Positions 58,180-64,000 of a stretch of DNA of 64,000 nucleotides are shown here, one piece after another. This stretch comes from Eledone cirrhosa (lineage: Eukaryota), in contig OZ024742.1 in the NCBI GenBank assembly GCA_964016885.1, forward strand, positions 316,324,001 through 316,388,000. Reading direction: 5' to 3'. Numbering within the stretch: the stretch's first letter is position 1; every line of letters begins with the position of its first letter. The translations under genes were made by a program, and so were the position numbers. The notes below the pieces were generated by a model, which saw only the letters and a list, made by a program, of their open reading frames with translations, made no database searches and had not been told where the DNA came from.

Positions 58180-59166
58180 GTATATATGTATGTGAATTTC
58201 GTACATCTGAAGATTGAGTCAACTTATACAGCTTCGTATGCAAATGAGACAAATTAGTCCATTTACACTATATTTTTTGTCGCAAAGTCCAGCAGCAGGC
58301 AGAGGGAAACATAAGACCAATACTACAACGAAGACAACAGGAAATAGGTGTTGACATGGTTGTATGGTTAAGAAGTTCGATTTGTTACCAAGTGATTTCG
58401 GGTTCCCTCTCAACACCGTGGCACATTGAGCACATGTTTTCTACTGTAGCCACGAATTTACCAATGCCACTGCAGAAGTTTCTCGTATATATTGTCATAT
58501 ACACTCTAACAATAAATTCTACAAAGGGCTACCATTCGACAAGACAATATCCTTGGTGTTGTGACTTAAACATAGAGAGAGACTATGATCTATGTAATAG
58601 ATGTTCACAGATAGTAATTACCTAATCAACATTTATACAATGTTATGTATACAATTGATATATACAAAATGACATTTACGGGGCTGGCATGCTGGCTAGT
58701 AAATCAAACAAACATTATTTATTTATGCATTTATTCATCATTTTCTAAAAATTTATATATAGGAAAAATATATATAAGGAAAAATTTATATAAGGAAAAA
58801 TTTATATAAGGAAAAAACAAAATAGTTTCCAATAAACTAATTGACTTTTCTTCCTTCACCAGCTCTGAATCACTTGTCTACCTATGTGTGTTTCAAGCTA
58901 TTTCTAGCGAGATTTAAAAGTAGCACGGAACTGTATTAGCTGCTGTTTGTTTCATTCATCACATTTCTTAGTAAAAAATCCTTTTATGCCGTACTTGTTC
59001 GTTTTCACATACTTTACCTCAATTTATTTTTATTTGTTATAGCGGATGCTGATAAATCTTTTATCTTTTGGTAGCAGGAAAGTAAGTCGAAATTACAAAT
59101 AAGAATACAAAATGACATCAGAAATGAAGATATTTTAGGAAATAAATGTAAAGTAATAATGTAGTG

Positions 59167-59268
<102 letters not shown>

Positions 59269-59520
59269 AGATAAATAGAGTAAGAGAAAGAGATATATAA
59301 ATAGAGAGAAATGGAAAGGGAGAAAGTGAGAGGAACACATGTCAAAAGATATTGCATAATGATAGAAATGTCGAAGAAATGCATCAAAGTTAAAGAGTTG
59401 ATGAGCTATTGAAAAACTAAGAAATGAACAAAGAAATACTTCGTTACTTCAGCATGCTCATAACAATAATTTAGTAGTCTCAAAACGAAAGATCTTTGCA
59501 CGCACACGAATGTATACACG

Positions 59521-59750
59521 CATAGTAATACAGATATATAGATATAGACATAGACATAGTAACACATATATATAGACATATACATAGTAATACAGATATA
59601 TAGACATAGACATAGTAATACAGATATATAGACATAGGCATAGTAATACAGATATATAGACATAGGCATAGTAATACAGATATATAGACATAGACATAGT
59701 AACACAGATATATAGACATATACATAGTAATACAGATATATAGACATAGA
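59521..59750. repeat. 28-bp minisatellite, ~8 units
   Basis: Unit CATAGTAATACAGATATATAGACATAG(G/A). Confidence 0.85.
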
Positions 59751-60721
59751 TAATAGTACAGAATCACTTACGTAAAATCATATATATAGTCAAACACACA
59801 CCATCAAAGAGACAAATAAATCTATACAAAGATAGATATAAACAATGACACGCAGAAAACGAGGAATATGAATGAATAAAATAGTGGCGTTAGTTAAGTC
59901 GTCAGGAGCATCCCTCCTAGCAGTTTTCATGTTAATAGCAGGTAGTCTACTATAAGGGATTACTCGGGGGATATTTTGAATGGCTTGAAGAATGATTTTG
60001 ATTATATGTACGAAACTTTCGTTTAAGATTAAATTTTCTCACGCAAAAGTTCAAAGTTCTAATCTCTTGCGCAATTGTTATTTAGTATAGAATAGACAGA
60101 CCTTATGTAAACTTAATAATACATTGCAATGAGGTGTTTTATGATATATTTTAATTTTAATTACCTTTCCTAATAATAGTATATGAGGTTGCCCAGGAAT
60201 GACTTAACTCAATGAATGGACATTTCCTTGAAAAATAATACAAAATAAGATAGAGAAGAAATAAGAAAGAGATATAGTACTGGACTAGTGCATTTTTTAT
60301 CGACCTTGAAAATGATGAAATCAAAGTACACAAAGCATTCCATCCGACCTTCTAATGATGCCATCTAGTTACCTCCTCGCTGATGTATATAACAACCAAA
60401 TAAACAGCAATATCGTGCTTTCAATTCTTCTCAGAAATCTCTTATTTACAGTTAGCTGAATTAAATAGCAGGAATATCTAATACGATGCAGTAAACCATT
60501 GATAGAGGAACACATGGCACAGATTTTGCATCTGATGCTTTAGTGATACAACTAACAGCATCAGAACATATTTCTGTTCTGTTTCTAGTAAAATTCTACA
60601 TTGTTAGTAACAAATCCAGAAAGTTTACCACAGAGCAATCGTGGCAATGTAATTCGAAATAAAATCTGTTTATTTAAAATGTTTAAAATGTTTAAAATGT
60701 GATTGAAATAATAATGTGAAT

Positions 60722-61042
60722 AATAATCGGTTTCTACTTTTGGCACAAGGCTAGAAATTATCCTAGTTCATTACTGGTACTTTATTTTATCGACCCCGTA
60801 AGGATGAAAGGCAAAGTTAACCTCGGTAGGATTTGAACTCAGACCGTAAAAGAGCGTAACTCTATGCTGCAAAGCATGGCGTCCGACCCTCTACTGATAC
60901 TGCCAATCCAATAATAACTGTTTCTACTTTTGACACAAGGCCAGCAATTATCCTAGTACATTACTGGTATTTTATTTTATCGACCCCGTAAGGATGAAAG
61001 GCAAAGTTAACCTCGGCGGGATTTGAACTCAAAGCATGGCGG
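60722..61042 (-). mobile_element. Two tandem SINE copies
   Basis: Reverse-complement SINE at 60722-60910 and 60913-61042 (the second internally deleted); 3' stubs also at 48350-48430 and 61890-61945. Confidence 0.82.
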
Positions 61043-62118
61043 CCGCCCTCTACCGTTACTGCATGCAAGCAAAACAGTTATAATAAATACAAAAAAGGAA
61101 ATTATGTCCTGTTAAGTAAAAAATGCAGTATTAAAAATATAAAAAATACACGTACCCAATATAAACACAAATACATCTAGAACTATCATCTATACACACA
61201 CATACTCATGAGTAAACAATGGCATGCGTAGTTACATGATCGTTTATAATAAATTTAGTAGAAAACGGGATAACAATTAAAATTGAACATTATTTAGTTA
61301 TATTTATGAGACAACATTTTCCAGCTTTCGGTATGGCTTCAAGATTCTATAACTTAATTCTCGTAAATTAGTATTCACAGATTCTATATAACTCATATAA
61401 CTTTATGAATTTCAATCCAAAAGAAAATTGCATGCAATCACAGCCTCAAAACATACACATTCACGTTCATAGCCACCTATACCCGCATAAACACTCACAT
61501 GCATAGTAGTGCACATAAGAAAAACAAAATTATACATATGCATACACGTTATTTGGAAATTGAGGCTGAATTAAACATTTTTTCTTTCTATTTAAATTAG
61601 TTTCAAAAATATCTTCCATAGCCAATAATTGTATTTCAATTAAAATGTATTTATAAAACGATTTCTTCGATATTTTATTGCATTCTGGCTTTAAAATTAT
61701 TTATTATTCATAGAATTCATATTGCAAACACTCATGGAGGCACACTTTCATAAAATCACTGACACAAATACGAAAGTACGCTGAGAGAAATACTCCCACA
61801 CATTATCACATATAAAATGCACTTATGTAAATATTAATGTATAAACATGTCAGTGTATATAATGTTTTTGATTAATGTTTTAGATATATAATTGTTTCTA
61901 CGTTAGGCACAAGGCCAGCAATTACCCAGTGTATTACTGGTACTTATATTAGATATATATTAGGTATATATTAGATATATAACGTTTTAGGTAATGTCTT
62001 TTGAATCAAATAGTAGGGTAGAAAACAGGTATTTCATTGTCTATGAATATTTGGGGAGTGTCCTTATATCTCTTTCATACAGGATCACATTCAGCGGAAA
62101 TAATTATATATATATATG

Positions 62119-62151
<33 letters not shown>

Positions 62152-62154
62152 ATA

Positions 62155-62760
62155 TGGTGGCTGCCAACTCGTTTTCGAGTACGGCCACTACTTTATATCC
62201 ATGTAGGAGAACCCCTACCGAAGCGCTGAACGAGTGTGACTTTTTAGTCCAGCCAGCGACTTGAAAACTCTGGTACAAACACTACACTTGTGACAATTAT
62301 TGACACATAGTGCTGGGCCCATGGTACCATGTGAGGACAAGTGCAGAGAGATCTCCAGATATAAAGCAATGCCTGTGCCGTGAAGCTTTTATAGTGAGCA
62401 AAGGCACTGCACAAAGCCAGTCCCACTCTCTTAACCAAGATGATATTTACCAAAAAGAAGAACAAGTCAACATCATTGGATACCATCAGGGTTGCAGGTG
62501 TTATATCAGAGTTTTCCTTCTCCTAGAATTCTGCCTTGACAAAGGCTAAGGGGTCATCTCTCCCGGTGATTTTGGATGGCCATTGACTCTTAAGAGCTCC
62601 TTTGCCCTTTGACAGGTTTTGTTTTTAGTCCTGCAGGATGTCCAAAGTCACCCTCCTCACCAAGAAACCTTGGTGGGGTTGCCAGTTTAGTCGCCAACGA
62701 CCCGACCATGAGACAGGTTGTACTGGGATACATGTTACCAGTAGCACCAACTGGTGACCT

Positions 62761-62764
<4 letters not shown>
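62155..62764 (-). mobile_element. RTE-derived non-autonomous element (young copy)
   Basis: Only a handful of differences from 52810-53420 over ~610 bp. Confidence 0.7.
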
Positions 62765-62819
<55 letters not shown>

Positions 62820-62822
<3 letters not shown>

Positions 62823-63777
62823 GATAAATCTACCAAAAGTTTACGGTAGTGTCCAATCCGTATGAAGAACTCAATGTAATCCGGATATCATGGAAAGAAG
62901 AGATGCATTCAAAAATCACTTTCGGTGAAAGATAAACGGAATATAGAGTCAAGATAAAATATTAAAAAAATAATGAATAAAACAATGAAACAGTTCCTTA
63001 TATTAAACAAAAAAAGTTCATTATTTAACGATCGTTTCTAGGACATATATGTGTTAGAATTGGCATGAATATTCAACAGATCTATGTACAAAATTATACA
63101 AAATTATACAAACTATCAAATAGAATATACATACCAACACATACATATGCCGTCTTCAGAAATAATGAAATATATTTATTGATAATAACAACAATTCAAA
63201 ATTACAGGTCTGTTTGGGAACAGAGTTCAAATAGACCAATGAAATACACAAAAATATATCAAGAAAATACAGTTAGATGTGTGTATATATGTAAGTAACT
63301 TCGTTCACAGATATGCATAAAAATGTATGTTCACATGCATACGCATGTCGAAAAAATGTATGTAAATACAAAAATTCAGGGCTAATGTCTCTGTATGTTT
63401 ATAATCTACAGATAAAATACACATACGTATACATACATATATACACTCATATATACACACATATACATACATTCATACACACACATGCATATACACATAA
63501 ACATACACATACCCACGAACATACACACACACATACATACACACATACGTATATATTATTATTATAACTATATGGATATTGAGGCGCACACATAAACACT
63601 GCCACATATACTTACATCTAGATGCAGAACTAAAAATAGGTAAAGGGAGTCAGTAATTACAGAGGGTGTCAGACACAGCCTATTTATAAAAATGTATCTA
63701 TAAATTTAGAAATAAAAAGAAATATATTAAAAGAAATAAACAAGTAAAATATATACTCATACATAAAATACACACCG

Positions 63778-63834
<57 letters not shown>

Positions 63835-64000
63835 TATAGAGACATATACATATACATATATAAACATACACATACACATACATACACACATATATATATA
63901 TACATATACTCACAACACACATATATATACACATATATGTACACACACATACACACATACATACACATACATATATATATACACACATATATATACATAT
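62820..64000 (-). mobile_element. Second, diverged copy of the same Penelope-like element (3' pLTR and 3' UTR; continues beyond window)
   Basis: 62820-63420 aligns with 3072-3665 and has the same terminal nucleotide (...ATTTATCTACA then (TA)n). 63680-63780 matches ~9945-10100. Confidence 0.9.
63019..63167 (-). ncRNA. Hammerhead ribozyme in the second PLE copy
   Basis: Core, stem I and stem III are identical to 10611-10760; substitutions fall in the stem II region. Confidence 0.8.

Noticed and set aside
59521-59750. CRISPR-like 28-bp periodicity
   Set aside because: Contiguous tandem units with no unique spacers, in a eukaryotic context; a minisatellite.

Overview
AT-rich, microsatellite-saturated eukaryotic DNA. 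The tRNA-derived SINE family and the repeat landscape point to a cephalopod, probably Octopus (inference). The window holds one reconstructable host gene on the + strand: four phase-consistent exons (32735-55177) encoding a ~589-aa single-pass membrane protein with an IgGFc-binding (FCGBP N-terminal-like) domain. It also holds an intact Penelope-like retroelement with Naiad-type signatures (RT + GIY-YIG, ORF 4791-7226) with direct and inverted pseudo-LTRs, and a second copy of that element running off the right edge. Other mobile elements are a frameshifted R4/Dong-like RLE retrotransposon with two truncated sisters in a (TATG)n array, RTE fragments and RTE-derived non-autonomous elements, Helitron/mariner/hAT non-autonomous elements and many SINEs. 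The main hidden signal is about 17 type I hammerhead ribozyme cores from about 10 unrelated sequence families, plus several half-ribozymes. Almost all sit in short cassettes embedded in (TA)n. Many cassettes share a head-to-head fold-back architecture, and several carry a TTGAGY motif ~25-60 nt from the 3' end. This suggests a Penelope-driven, (TA)n-targeted, ribozyme-carrying mobilome with two-sided priming. All RNA folds and family assignments were read by eye and need computational confirmation.
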